The notes: generated from the sequence alone by a model not told the origin. Numbered from the stretch's first letter, positions 20,082 to 31,198 are shown. The stretch: 64,000 nucleotides of DNA from an uncultured archaeon (GCA_938074535.1 CALJER010000003.1:1-64000); one strand, 5' to 3'. A program made the numbers and translations.

Positions 20082-20921
20082 CTCCCCTTCTTCAGGGGTG
20101 GACCATATCATCGCACCGTTTCCCGGTGCGCCTGGCGTATGGTCTCTGAGGATCTCCCTTCACGAGCCCATCCAGCTTCTTCATCTTCTCCGGGTGTCTG
20201 AAGCCCACGGTTTCTCTGAACTTTTGGACCCGCTCCAAACCTTTTATGACAAGTGAGAACTGGGGGTTTTTCCCCCACGCCCTGGGTTTCTTGACCCAAA
20301 CCGTGCTTTCGATCCCGAGCTGCTCAAGGATTTCCTGGAGCTGTTTTATCAGCGGCTTGGCGATCATATCGATTCCCACGTAGGGATGGGCGTACGCCCT
20401 TCCTCCGTGCACCTCTCTGTCGGCTCCGCAGTAGCCCTCCGCATCGAAGAGCCCTTTGGCGACCTCCAGCCTGGAGCCGGCGTCCACCGCGAACATCCTG
20501 GGTATCCTGAGGGTCGTGAGCTTCCTGCCCTTCGGATACCCGAGTTCGATGAGGAAGTCGTGCACGTCCCTGCGGTTGGTGCTGGCCACCCAGCGGTTCG
20601 GTGAAGCTCTGCTGATTCTGGGTTTGAAGCCGAAGATCCTTTCCACTCTCTCCGCCACCATCTTCACGAACTCCTCGCTCCCGTCCCTGCAGAACACCGT
20701 GTAGGAGCTTCCGTAGACGCCCCCATCGCCGAGCATCACTCCCACGAGGTAAGCCAGGGACTCCGCCATCGCTGTGTTTAAGAGGGACTCTGTATAAATC
20801 AGGGGCTTGCTCAGGGATTTCCTGCGGGTCGACCACATCCTTCCGGGCTCTGTTACCCTTCCGGGTGTCCCGGGCTTCCGGTCTTCCCCGCATACAGCCA
20901 GGTTTTACAACCCCCTTCCCG
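20082..20921 (-). mobile_element. Group I intron in 23S at E. coli-equivalent 1923 (IB-like)
   Basis: 5' exon AACCCU pairs with GGGGUU; terminal G before CUUAAGG; R UCAGAGACCAUA and S GAUAUGGUCC with compensatory P7; P3 CCUGGC/GCCAGG. Confidence 0.92.
20092..20769 (-). CDS. Intron-encoded double-motif LAGLIDADG endonuclease (intein/DOD-like)
   Basis: LAYLVGVMLGDGG and VAKGLFDAEGY; FRETVGFRHPEK; ORF reads through the P7/P8 core. Confidence 0.88.
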   Translation of the reverse strand: MAESLAYLVGVMLGDGGVYGSSYTVFCRDGSEEFVKMVAERVERIFGFKPRISRASPNRWVASTNRRDVHDFLIELGYPKGRKLTTLRIPRMFAVDAGSRLEVAKGLFDAEGYCGADREVHGGRAYAHPYVGIDMIAKPLIKQLQEILEQLGIESTVWVKKPRAWGKNPQFSLVIKGLERVQKFRETVGFRHPEKMKKLDGLVKGDPQRPYARRTGKRCDDMVHP

Positions 20922-23061
20922 AGGGTTATAGTTACCCCCGCCCATTGGCGGCGCTTCGACCGGTTGGGCCCGGCTTTCACGTACCGCCTGTAGGCAGAAT
21001 TCAGCTCCCGTACTCACCCTTTCGGGCTAGCGGGAACCTACGTTTTTATTAAACAGTCGGTCCCCCCTGGTCACTGCGACCTGCCCTCCGCAGGGCAGGC
21101 ACCCCTTCTCCCGAAGTTACGGGGCCAACTTGCCGAATTCCCTGACCTGGTGTCTCCCGTCACGCCTTAGGCTTCTCACCTAGGGGCACCTGTGTCGGAT
21201 CTAGGTACGGTCACCCAGGGTCCCATTTCCGGTTCCCCTTTTCACGGGCCCCGGAGATGAACCGAACCCGCCTAACGGCAGGCCCATCCCGCCCTCCTCC
21301 GGTTCTCTCCATTACGGAACTCCCCGGACTTCGACGGTTGGATGGAGCGACGACCCCACTCGGTCTGCCCCGAGGCGTCGGAGAACCGGCCTGCGTTGCC
21401 GCGGGTACCTGGGTGGTTCCGGAATATTAACCGGATTCCCTTTCGATGGCCTCTGGTTGAGGGCCACCTCAGGACCGACTAACCCTCGGCTGACGACCAT
21501 TGCCGAGGAACCCGGGCCCCTTCGGCGGTGGGGATTCTCACCCCACTAGGCTGTTACTACCACCAGGATCCTCATTCCCACGCGGTCCACCCGACCTCAC
21601 GGCCGGGCTTCTCCCCACGCGGGACGCCCTCCTACCGGATCAGGCTACTCAGCTTCGCCTGCCCCGGGGTCTCGGCAGCTGGCTTGAGCCCCGTCCATCT
21701 TCGGTGCCCCCACCCTCGACGGGTCCGCTTTTACGCGTTGTTTAAAGGATGGCTGCTTCTGAGCCTACCTCCCCGCTGTTTCAGGGTGGAGACGCCCTTT
21801 GGATTTCTGCACTTAGCCAGCATTTGGGGGCCTTAACCCCGGTCTGGGTTGTTCCCCTCTCGGAGCGGGAGCTTACCCCCCGCACCCCGTCTCCGGCGGT
21901 CTACGGCGCCGACCGCTTCGGAGTTCGACAGCGAGGGCAAGGGTTTCCCCCTGTCACCCCGCAATCGGTGCTCTACACGGCCGGCAGCCTCGCGCCGGGC
22001 CTGACTGCGGCCAGCTTCGGAGGGAACCAGCTGTCACCGGGCTTGATGGGTCTTTCGCCACTAGCCCAGGGTCATCCGACCGAATTGCACATCAAGACCG
22101 GTTCGGCCCTCCACCCCACAGAGGGGCTTCAGCCTGCCCTGGACTAGATCGCCCGGTTTCGGGTCTCACCGCCGTGACTCCGGGCGCTGTTAACACCCCG
22201 TCCCTCGCCCTTTCGGGCTGCGGACCGTTGCTTTCGCTGCGGCTCCGGGGTTCCAACCCCTTAACCTCGCCACGACGGTGAACTCCCTGGCCCGTGATTC
22301 AAGACGGACGGTACGACCCCGATCCCCCTCCCTCGTACCACCGCCTCGCGACGGCTTCCTTCGGGAGGGATCAGCTCTTTCGGGCCGTACCTTACTGTCG
22401 CCACCTGGTTTCAGGCTCTTTTCACCCCCCTTCCGGGGTGCTTTTCAGCTTTCCCTCGCGGTACTGCGTCCGCTATCGGTCTCGAGACGTATTTAGGGTT
22501 GGGAGTTGGTGCCTCCCGGCTTCGGACGCCAATCCCGAGGCGCCCTACTCAGGATCCCTCCCCTCGTATCCTGCACAGTTGCCCCTACGGGGCTTTCACC
22601 CTCTCCGGCGCGCCTTTCCAGGCGACTTCGGGTTCCCGTGCGAGGAATTGGAGGAGGTCCTGCAACCCCACATCCCCGACGGCTTTCGCCGCCGGGTTCG
22701 GTTTGCCCTGTGCCCTCTTCACTCGCCGTTACTGAGGGCATCGCTCTTGCTTTCTCTTCCTCCCGGTACTGAGATGTTTCACTTCCCGGGGTTCCCGTTC
22801 GCAGCCCTCTGAGGAGCCGCGAACGCAGGGGGTCAACCCCCCTGCGGGATTCCCATTCGGTCATCCCGGGTTCTAAGGCTGCCTGCGCCTCGCCCGGGCT
22901 TTTCGCAGCTTGCCACGACCTTCTTCGGCGCTCGAGCCGAGCCATCCCCCAGGTGGCTTGGTTCCCCGCTCGACGGCTTCCGGACCTGTGCCTGGCCTCA
23001 TCAGCTCTTTTGAGCCTGAGCCCTTCGCGCGAAGAGCGCTCCCTCTCCCCGCGCTGCATCC

Positions 23062-23136
23062 TGGTGGACCCGCCGGGACTCGAACCCGGGACCTTCGGCT
23101 TGCAAAGCCGACGCTCTACCGCTGAGCTACGGGCCC
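23062..23136 (-). tRNA. tRNA-Ala(UGC) in the 16S-23S spacer, CCA encoded
   Basis: GGGCCCG..UAGCUCAG..GGCU UUGCAA GCC..GUUCGAGUC..CGGGUCCACCA; G3:U70 pair. Confidence 0.97.
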
Positions 23137-23182
23137 AAGAGAAGTCCGGGCCTCCGCCGGATATATACGTAGGAGGTGATCG

Positions 23183-23221
<39 letters not shown>

Positions 23222-23291
23222 CCCCAGTCGTCCACCCCGCAAACGACGCCCCCAACCTGGAAGCGCCTATTGCGGAGCGAACTTCCGTGGC

Positions 23292-23334
<43 letters not shown>

Positions 23335-23751
23335 GGATAGTGGCCCGCGATTACTAGGGATTCCACCTTCACGAGGGCGAGTTTCAGCCCTCGATCCGAA
23401 CTAAGCGCGGGTTTAGGGGATTGGCTCCCCCTTACGGGGTGGCATCCCATTGTCCCGCGCATTGTGACCCGCGTGTAGCCCAGGAGTTTCGGGGCATACG
23501 GACCTACCGTCGCCCTCTCCTTCCTCTGGCTTAGCGCCAGCGGTCTCCCTAGAGTGCCCGGCTCTCCCACCGATGGCAACTAGGGACGAGGGTCTCGCTC
23601 GTTGCCTCACTTAAGAGGACGCCTCACGGTACGAGCTGACGACGGCCATGCACCACCTCTCAGCTAGTCGAGCAAGGTCTTCAGCCTGGCCTTCATCCAG
23701 CTGTCTCCCCTGGTGAGTTGTCCGGCGTTGAATCCAATTGAACCGCAGGTC

Positions 23752-23794
<43 letters not shown>

Positions 23795-23907
23795 CCTTGC
23801 GGCCGTACTCCCCAGGCGGCGGGCTTAACGGCTTCCCTCCGACACTGGGAGCCCTCGAGGGACTCCCAACATCTGGCCCGCATCCTTTACTGCTGGGACT
23901 ACCGGGG

Positions 23908-24630
23908 TCAGGGACCCTCACGTTGCCGTGAGGCCTGGACTATGTCTTCATCTGAGATAGCGAACTTGACGAGCCCTGCTATCTCAGATGCCCAGCGTTG
24001 GCGTGATGAGGGCTTGCGGTAGAGGAGAATCTTTCGCTTCATGCACTCCGGCACGAAAGGGGCTATGAGCTTCAGGAAGCTCTTGGTCTCGTTGGTGGAA
24101 CGCAGCCAGAGCCTGTATCTCCCCGTCCCCCTTTTTGCCGGGGCTATCCTGAAGTGCAGCCCCCACACCTTCAGGAAGTACCTCCTGGCGACCCTCACCT
24201 CCCGCGGGGAAAAGCTGTCGGTGCAGAGAACTGCCTGTGTCCTGTTCCTGACCAGGCTTCCGTCGTCAAGCCACCAGACGCAGAGACCGAGGGGGCGGAG
24301 CTGGTTGAGCCATTTCCTCCTCACCCCCTTAGAGATTAGCTCGAAGATCTCGAGGAGCTTTGGACTGGCCGAACTCACGTAGACCGCTTTTCTCCTGCCT
24401 TTGGACGCGGCGTCCTGCACTTCCACGATCCTTCCCCCCAGCTCCTTCAGGAGGAAGCCCGCCTTCCACTCCAGGTACTCCTTTTGCTCGGCGCCGTGCC
24501 TGATCACGAGCCTTGGATGGGCGTATCCTCTGTACTTCCTGAGGGATCCGTCTCCCAGCAGGGTTCCGAGGATCACCTGTTTCGCCTCCTCCGACAAAGG
24601 GGCGGGCTGCCCCTTCTGTCCGGCCCTCAT
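23908..24630 (-). CDS. Intron-encoded double-motif LAGLIDADG homing endonuclease
   Basis: ILGTLLGDGSL and LCVWWLDDGSL both intact; EYLEWK, LCTDSFS motifs. Confidence 0.9.
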   Translation of the reverse strand: MRAGQKGQPAPLSEEAKQVILGTLLGDGSLRKYRGYAHPRLVIRHGAEQKEYLEWKAGFLLKELGGRIVEVQDAASKGRRKAVYVSSASPKLLEIFELISKGVRRKWLNQLRPLGLCVWWLDDGSLVRNRTQAVLCTDSFSPREVRVARRYFLKVWGLHFRIAPAKRGTGRYRLWLRSTNETKSFLKLIAPFVPECMKRKILLYRKPSSRQRWASEIAGLVKFAISDEDIVQASRQREGP

Positions 24631-24784
24631 CACTAGTCTCTACGGGGTCGGGAGTATTTACCCCCGACTTCCCTCGGCGTTACCCCTGTGGGGCTTCGCC
24701 GATACAGCTGGGTCGCAGCGGAACCTAGGGCCGATTCCGCTGCTTACACCCTGCCGTCGCCGGCAGGGGAGACACCTTTGAGGT
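23909..24784 (-). mobile_element. Group I intron in 16S at E. coli-equivalent 793 (IA-like, ORF in the P7.1 loop)
   Basis: 5' exon AGAU pairs with GUCU; terminal G before ACCCCGG; R GUAGAGACUA; S AAGACAUAGUCC; P3 CCCAGC/GCUGGG; 13-bp P8. Confidence 0.92.
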
Positions 24785-25814
24785 ATCTAATCCCGTTCGC
24801 TCCCCCAGCCTTCGCCCCTCACCGTCGGGTCCGTTCTCGTCCGGCGCCTTCGCTACGGGTGGTCCTCCGAGGATCAACGCATTTCACCGCTACCCCCGGA
24901 GTACCCCGGACGTCTCCCGGCCCCAAGACCGGTAGTTTCCCCCGCAAGCCGAACCGTTGGGCGGTCCGATTTCACGGGGGACTTGCCGGACCGGCTACGA
25001 GCGCTTTAGGCCCAATAATCGCGACCACCACTTGGGCTGCTGGTATTACCGCGGCGGCTGGCACCAGCCTTGCCCAGCCCTTATTCCCGGAGCTTTTTAC
25101 ACTCCGGAAAAACCGCCGATCGTGAGACCAGCGGCACTGGGGGTTCCCCCGTCACGCTTTCGCGCATTGCGGAGTTTTCGCGCCTGCTGCACCCCGTAGG
25201 GCCTGGGGCCTTGTCTCAGTCCCCATCTCCGGGCTCCGACTCCCATCGCCCGTACCCGTCGTAGGCTTGGTGGTCCGTTACACCACCAACTACCTGATAG
25301 GCCGCAGTCCCATCCTCGGGCGCCGTGGCTTTCAGTGAGGGCGCCTTCCAGCCTCCCTCACCTATGGGGTATTATCCTCAGTTTCCCGAGGTTATCCCCC
25401 ACCCGAGGGTAGGTTGACCACGTGTTACTGAGCCTTGCGCGGGGCCACGGTCAGAGACCGCGCCCTCCACTTGCATGGCTTAGCCGAACCCCCACAGCAG
25501 TGGCCTCCGGCAGGATCAACCGGAGTTAGGGTGGCCGCAAGTGCCTTGGCGGAGGCCTCGGACCTCTCTCGGACCCGAACTCTCCAGTGGCCTGGGTTTT
25601 TCGGGCCCACATGCTGATTCCACACCCGGAACCCGACCCCTCATCGCTGGTCAAACACCGGCTCCCGGCCGACGCCTTTCTTCAGGGGTGTGGAGCCAAT
25701 ATTATATGGGGATGAAGGCTTACTTAAGGCTTGTCCTTGGGGGGACGGCCACCCCCTTCGGCTTTCTCCCCTTAAGGACGGGCTCTTTATCCTTCAGGGG
25801 GAAAAAGAAGGGAG

Positions 25815-26516
25815 ATGAATAAAAAAATAGACGTTTCTGTGGTCGTTCCTACCTACAACGAGGCTAAAAACCTCCCCCTTCTGGTCAGGCGGCTGGCCAG
25901 AGCCTTCAGGGGCAGGAAGTGGGAAGTGGTGGTGGTGGATGATGGCTCCCCGGACGGGACGGGGAGGGTGGCGGAGGCCCTGGCAGGGAGGTATCCCCTC
26001 AGGCTGGTTCAGCGTGGTAGGAAGGGGGGTCTCGCCTCAGCGGTGGTGGAGGGGTGGCGGCACGCGAGGGGGGGGATCCTGGTGGTGATGGACGCCGACC
26101 TCCAGCACCCGCCCGAGCTGGCCCCTGAACTCGTCCGCTGTATAGAGGGGGGGGAGGAGATGGCCATAGCCTCCCGGTCCAGGTGGGAGGGGTGTAGAGG
26201 AGCAACGTCCAGGGTGGCGAGTGCCTTCGTCAGAGTTCTCCTGGTCCCAGGCGTCGAGGATCCACATGCCGGGTTTTTTGCCATCCGCAGGGAGATGCTT
26301 CAAGGGGTGAAGCTCAGGCCGAGGGGATACAAGATCCTGCTGGAGTGCCTGGCTAGGACGAAATGCCCCAGCATCGTGGAGGTTTCCTACTCCCCAGGGA
26401 AAAGGAGGTGGGGGAAGAGCAAGTGGGGCTGGAGGGAGGGGGTGGAGTATTTGGTTCAGTTTTTTTCCCTTCTGCGGAGCAGGAGACCCAGCTTTCGGTT
26501 AAAGATTTATGGGTGA
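25815..26516 (+). CDS. GT2 glycosyltransferase (polyprenol-phosphate mannose synthase-like)
   Basis: VVVPTYNE, VVDDGSPDGT, VMDADLQHPP. Confidence 0.9.
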   Translation: MNKKIDVSVVVPTYNEAKNLPLLVRRLARAFRGRKWEVVVVDDGSPDGTGRVAEALAGRYPLRLVQRGRKGGLASAVVEGWRHARGGILVVMDADLQHPPELAPELVRCIEGGEEMAIASRSRWEGCRGATSRVASAFVRVLLVPGVEDPHAGFFAIRREMLQGVKLRPRGYKILLECLARTKCPSIVEVSYSPGKRRWGKSKWGWREGVEYLVQFFSLLRSRRPSFRLKIYG

Positions 26517-26641
26517 GAGAAAGTTTGGGGGTGCAGAGGAATGGAGAGCCGGGGAGGCTTTGCGGGTGAGAGGGGGTTTGGAGAAAAATTTCCCCCCCCG
26601 CTCCACTTCTCTGGCTTTGCCGGTGGCCTGCAGGGAAGCGG

Positions 26642-27775
26642 ATGAAGCTCGCAGTGGTCCACAACGTGCTGAACGTGAGGGGCGGTGCCGAAAGGGTGAT
26701 GCTCGTCCTGGCCCGGGCCTTCAGGGCGGATTTTTTCACGCTCATTTACGAGCCGGAGAAGACCTTTGAGGAGGCCCGTGGGCTGAGGATCGTGGAGCTC
26801 ACCAAAGGGTTTAGGATGCCCGAGAACAGGGCTTTCCACCCCTGGATCTATCCCCTCTTCGACCTCTTTGGAATGATGAAATTCCTGACCCTGGACCTTC
26901 AGGATTACGATCTTACCATAACGAGCGGCAAACTCGGTCTTTTCGCCAGGGGGAAAAGGACGATTCACTACTCCCATACCCCCACGAGGGTTCTGTACGA
27001 TTTGAGGCCGAGGATTTTAGAGTATCTCGAGAGAACCCACGGCCTGAAGGCGAGGCTCCTGGCCGCCGCCTGGTTTGAGGTTTGGAGGAGGCTCGATCGC
27101 TGGGCTGCTCAGAGGCCGGATGTGATGGTCGCCAACTCGAAGTTGGTGCGGGAGAGGATCAAAAAGTACTACGGAAGGGATTCCGTTCTCATCTACCCCC
27201 CTGTGGAGATAAAGAAGTTCAGAGAGGGGGAAGCGGAGGATTATTTCCTGGCGGTTCAGAGGATCAGCCCGGAGAAAAGGATTGAGGTGCTCCTCGAGGT
27301 TTTCAGGAGGCTCCCCCAGCAAAAGCTGGTTTTGGTGGGCGATTACGTGGATGAGGACTATAAGTTCAGGATCTCTAGGATGATGGAGGGACTGGAGAAT
27401 GTGACTTGGTACAGGAATGTAAGCGACCGAGAACTGGCTGACCTTTATTCCCACTGCAGGGCGGTGCTTCAGACCTCAGAAAATGTGGATTTCGGCATGG
27501 TGCCCGTGGAGGCGATGGCAAGCGGAAAGCCGGTGATAGCGGTGGACGAGGGAGGGTTCAGGGAAACGGTGGTGGATGGAGAAACGGGCCTGCTCGTGGG
27601 AAAGCCCTATGTGGAGAACTTCGTTAAGGTTCTTGAGAGCTTCGATTCCTTCAAGTTCTCTCCCACCGCCTGCAGGAGGAGGGCGGAGAATTTCTCTGAG
27701 GAGAGGTTCATAGAGAGGATGAGGGCCCTCGTGAAAAGAGTGCTGGAAAATTCCTTCCCCGGAAGGGATTTATGA
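26642..27775 (+). CDS. GT4 glycosyltransferase
   Basis: GGAERV, HTP, ANS, IYPPV, DFGMVPVEAMASGKPVIA. Confidence 0.92.
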   Translation: MKLAVVHNVLNVRGGAERVMLVLARAFRADFFTLIYEPEKTFEEARGLRIVELTKGFRMPENRAFHPWIYPLFDLFGMMKFLTLDLQDYDLTITSGKLGLFARGKRTIHYSHTPTRVLYDLRPRILEYLERTHGLKARLLAAAWFEVWRRLDRWAAQRPDVMVANSKLVRERIKKYYGRDSVLIYPPVEIKKFREGEAEDYFLAVQRISPEKRIEVLLEVFRRLPQQKLVLVGDYVDEDYKFRISRMMEGLENVTWYRNVSDRELADLYSHCRAVLQTSENVDFGMVPVEAMASGKPVIAVDEGGFRETVVDGETGLLVGKPYVENFVKVLESFDSFKFSPTACRRRAENFSEERFIERMRALVKRVLENSFPGRDL

Positions 27776-28755
27776 GGGTAAGAAAGCTTCTAAAGCTGAG
27801 AGCCTGGAGCTTTGCCTTTTTCAAGATGATGATATATCCCTTGACCTTCCTCCTCTACTCAGCATGGGTGCAGGAGACCTTCTCCCTGGAGAAGCTTCGG
27901 GAGTTCCTCCTGCTCCTTCTCTCCATAGGGCTGTATTTTGTCGGGGGAACCCTTTTGAACGATTTCTGCGACAGGGAGTATGACCTGAGGACGGGGAAAG
28001 CTACCGGTGTGGAGAGCCTCTCGGGAGTGGAGGTGTTCCTCCTCCTCTCCACCTCCATCTCCTCCTGCCTGCTCCTTGCCTGGATCGCGGCAGGAGGGTG
28101 GGCGCTGGTTTTGGGAATGGGATTGATATTCACAGCTCTCTATTCCCACCCCACCCCTAGGTTAAAGGAAAGGGGCAGCTTCGGTCTTCTTTCCAACACC
28201 CTGGCCGAGCTCTCACCCTTTCTCCTCATCCAGCTCTCCCAGGGGCATTTTGCCCTGGCTTCAGCTTTTTTCCTCCTGTTCTACTTCTTCTTCAGCCTGG
28301 CGGGCATACTGAACCACCAGCTGGATGACTACGCGGCGGACAGAGAGGTGGGGGTGAAAACCTTCGTGGTTGGGGTAGGTTACGAAAGAAGCCTCTCCCT
28401 TCTAAAGGGACTCTCCGCCTTGACCGGCTTTTTGTTCTTTCTCCTCTCTTTCTTTCTCTTCGAGTTGCCGTACTTTTCCTTGTTCTTTTTTTCCCTGCTC
28501 CTTCTCTACTTCCTGGACCGGTTCGGCTTTCTCTCCCTTCACAGGGAGCCTTTGAGGTGGCCCCTCTATTTCGTGGACTTCATTTACTTGGGCATGTTCG
28601 GCCTCTTCCCCCTCTACCTCTCGTTTGTGCTGGCAGTTTCCTACCCCACCTATTCTCTTCTCTTGATCTTCACGCTCTTTTGCGAGTGTGTGTTTCTTCG
28701 CAAAGTCTCGGATAGGGTTTTAAATTGGGTTCGGAAACTTGAGGAGAGAAGCTAG
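27772..28755 (+). CDS. UbiA prenyltransferase family protein
   Basis: LLNDFCDREYD, YSHPTPRLKERG, HQLDDYAADREVGVKTF. Confidence 0.88.
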   Translation: MRVRKLLKLRAWSFAFFKMMIYPLTFLLYSAWVQETFSLEKLREFLLLLLSIGLYFVGGTLLNDFCDREYDLRTGKATGVESLSGVEVFLLLSTSISSCLLLAWIAAGGWALVLGMGLIFTALYSHPTPRLKERGSFGLLSNTLAELSPFLLIQLSQGHFALASAFFLLFYFFFSLAGILNHQLDDYAADREVGVKTFVVGVGYERSLSLLKGLSALTGFLFFLLSFFLFELPYFSLFFFSLLLLYFLDRFGFLSLHREPLRWPLYFVDFIYLGMFGLFPLYLSFVLAVSYPTYSLLLIFTLFCECVFLRKVSDRVLNWVRKLEERS

Positions 28756-30138
28756 ATGAAGACCCGGGTGATGTTCGTAAACGCTGTGGACCCGACTAGG
28801 GAAGGTGAAGTGTACCTCCCGCCGCTGGGGCTGGGCTATCTCGCGAGCTACCTGCGAAAGGAGTTCGGTTCAGACTCCATAAACTTCAAGATCGTCAATC
28901 GGAACGTGGAACGGGAGATAGAGAGCTTCAAACCCGATCTGGTGGGCATTACCTCCCAGACCCAGAACTACGCGAGAGCGGTAGAGTACGCTCAGACGGC
29001 CAAAAGGTACGAGATCCCGGTGGTTGTGGGGGGACCTCACATCTCCATGCTTCCTTCCTCGCTGGCGGACGCCATGGATGTGGGTGTAGTTGGGGAGGGG
29101 GAGAGAACGATGGCTGAACTTTTTGAGCTATTTGAGCGTGCAGGAGGATTTCCTGAAAGGGAGTTGGAGGGAGTTGATGGGATAGTCTTCAGAAATGGGT
29201 GCGGAAAGCTGGTCTTCACGAAGAAAAGAGCCCCCATCGAACCTTTGGATGAGATACCCCCGCCCGCCAGAGACCTGCTCGGAATAGGCCCATACACCTC
29301 AATGATTACCTCCAGGGGATGTCCATACAGGTGTGTCTACTGCGTCTCAACCCGTTTTTGGGGAGGGAGGGTCAGGTTCCATTCTGCCGAGTACGTGGTG
29401 GATGAAATCAGGGAGATGGTTGAGGAATATGGAGTGAAAACCATCAATATTTTTGACGACAATTTTCTCCTAGACAGGAAAAGGGTAAGAAAAATAATAA
29501 GACTGCTCGAAGAAGAAGATCTGCTTGAGAGGGTTTATTTTGAGTGTATGACAAGAGCTGATTTTGTTGACGAGGAAAGCGTCCTTCTGTTGAAGAGGAT
29601 GGGTGTTAGGTATGTTCAGCTAGGATTGGAGTCGGGAAACCCTGAGACTTTGAGGTATCTCAAGGGGGATGTTAAAGTGGAGAACAACAAAGCCGCTGTT
29701 GAATTTTTGAAAAGGGCAGGGATGGAGTGCGGAGCTTCTTTCATCATAGGCGCCCCGGAGGAAACCGAGGAAGACATCCTAGAAACTTTGAGGTTCGTAA
29801 AAGAGAGTCCGCTGGAGAGGTTTGGAGTCTATGTTTTGCTCCCCTATCCAGGTACTCCCTTGTGGGAGCTGGCAAAGGAAAGGAGACTGGTGGACGAAAA
29901 TATGGACTTTGGAGCCCTCAGCGCGGACTTCGCCAGGAACAAGCGGCCCGTGATTCTCTCAGAAAAAGTTTCGGAGAAAAGACTGCGCGAGCTATATTCG
30001 CAGTTTCAAAAAGAACTGAAGAAAAGGAGGGTGAAAGTGGTTGTTCTCAAGGGGCTGAAAAGTCCCGGAAGAATTCCACGATTTTTGGTGGAGAGGGCCT
30101 TGGCCCATCTGAGGTTTCGGACTTGCCTGATGGAATGA
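28756..30138 (+). CDS. B12-binding radical SAM protein
   Basis: PPLGLGYLASY, GGPHIS, GEGE, SRGCPYRCVYC, FDDNF, GLESG. Confidence 0.9.
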   Translation: MKTRVMFVNAVDPTREGEVYLPPLGLGYLASYLRKEFGSDSINFKIVNRNVEREIESFKPDLVGITSQTQNYARAVEYAQTAKRYEIPVVVGGPHISMLPSSLADAMDVGVVGEGERTMAELFELFERAGGFPERELEGVDGIVFRNGCGKLVFTKKRAPIEPLDEIPPPARDLLGIGPYTSMITSRGCPYRCVYCVSTRFWGGRVRFHSAEYVVDEIREMVEEYGVKTINIFDDNFLLDRKRVRKIIRLLEEEDLLERVYFECMTRADFVDEESVLLLKRMGVRYVQLGLESGNPETLRYLKGDVKVENNKAAVEFLKRAGMECGASFIIGAPEETEEDILETLRFVKESPLERFGVYVLLPYPGTPLWELAKERRLVDENMDFGALSADFARNKRPVILSEKVSEKRLRELYSQFQKELKKRRVKVVVLKGLKSPGRIPRFLVERALAHLRFRTCLME

Positions 30139-31175
30139 CTCGGAGGCTGAACAAGCCTAGTCTCAGGCCCAGGACCTGGACCAAGATTCTCCTCGACTTT
30201 CTGGAATACAAACTTGGAGATCCCAGGCTTTCCTTCTGTCCTTTTTTCGTGACATGGAAGTGTAATCTCAGATGTGGCTACTGCCCCTACGTAACGGATA
30301 CGGGGTCAGAACTCTTCAGTTACGCCCTGGGAGTTCGTGATGAAATGAGCACGGAAGAGGCAAAGTTGGCGGTGGATCAGCTGAGCGAGCTGGGTGTTGT
30401 GTGGATGTCTTTCACCGGGGGGGAGCCCCTCTTCAGGAGGGACCTGGAAGAAATAGTGTCCCACGCGAGAAAAAAGGGGATGATTACCATCCTGGATACC
30501 AACGCCGCTTTAGTAACACAAAGCAGGAGCAAATCGCTTGGTGAGGTTTTTGACAGGGTGGTTGTTTCGCTGGAAGGCCTGGAGGAAAAGAACGACGAGC
30601 TGAGGGGGAGGGGGAGCTTCAGAAGAACGATGAGGGGGGTGGAGCTCCTGAGGAAGAACACGGACTGCAGAATAGGGATCAACTTCGTCGTCAACAGGCT
30701 CAACTATCAGGAGGTAGAAGACACAGTGAATTTCTTGAGGGGAAAGGTGGACTCCATTACTTTCCAGCCCGTCCATCACGCAAGCGAGTTTCTTCTGGAG
30801 AAAGAGGCTGCGTACTGGGTCCAGGAAAAATTGCTGGAGCTGAAGCGGAAGTATCCTGCCTTCATCCTGAACACGGTTTCTCACCTCAAGCTTTTTGGAG
30901 ACCACCTAGCAGGCGGGAGGCGCTGGCTTGAGTGCGATGCTTTCGATCTCTATGTGGGATTGATGCCAAACGGTGATCTCTGCGGGTGTTACTATCCCTA
31001 TGTGGTCGGCAACGTGCTGGAGAGGCCCATGAGAGAACTTAGGGAGCTGGGCAGAAGGAGGAAAGAAGAGCTGCTTGCTAGGTGCGGGGGATGCACTCAT
31101 TCCAGCTTCTTCAACTTTTCCCAGGTTTTCAGACGTTCTTTTCCAGCCGGATTTTTGCACGCTTTGCTTTCTTAA
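30135..31175 (+). CDS. Radical SAM protein with SPASM/twitch-like C-terminus
   Basis: TWKCNLRCGYC, FTGGEP, C...PNGDLCGC...CGGC. Confidence 0.88.
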   Translation: MTRRLNKPSLRPRTWTKILLDFLEYKLGDPRLSFCPFFVTWKCNLRCGYCPYVTDTGSELFSYALGVRDEMSTEEAKLAVDQLSELGVVWMSFTGGEPLFRRDLEEIVSHARKKGMITILDTNAALVTQSRSKSLGEVFDRVVVSLEGLEEKNDELRGRGSFRRTMRGVELLRKNTDCRIGINFVVNRLNYQEVEDTVNFLRGKVDSITFQPVHHASEFLLEKEAAYWVQEKLLELKRKYPAFILNTVSHLKLFGDHLAGGRRWLECDAFDLYVGLMPNGDLCGCYYPYVVGNVLERPMRELRELGRRRKEELLARCGGCTHSSFFNFSQVFRRSFPAGFLHALLS

Positions 31176-31198
31176 GGGCCCTAGCAGAGAGGTAAAGA

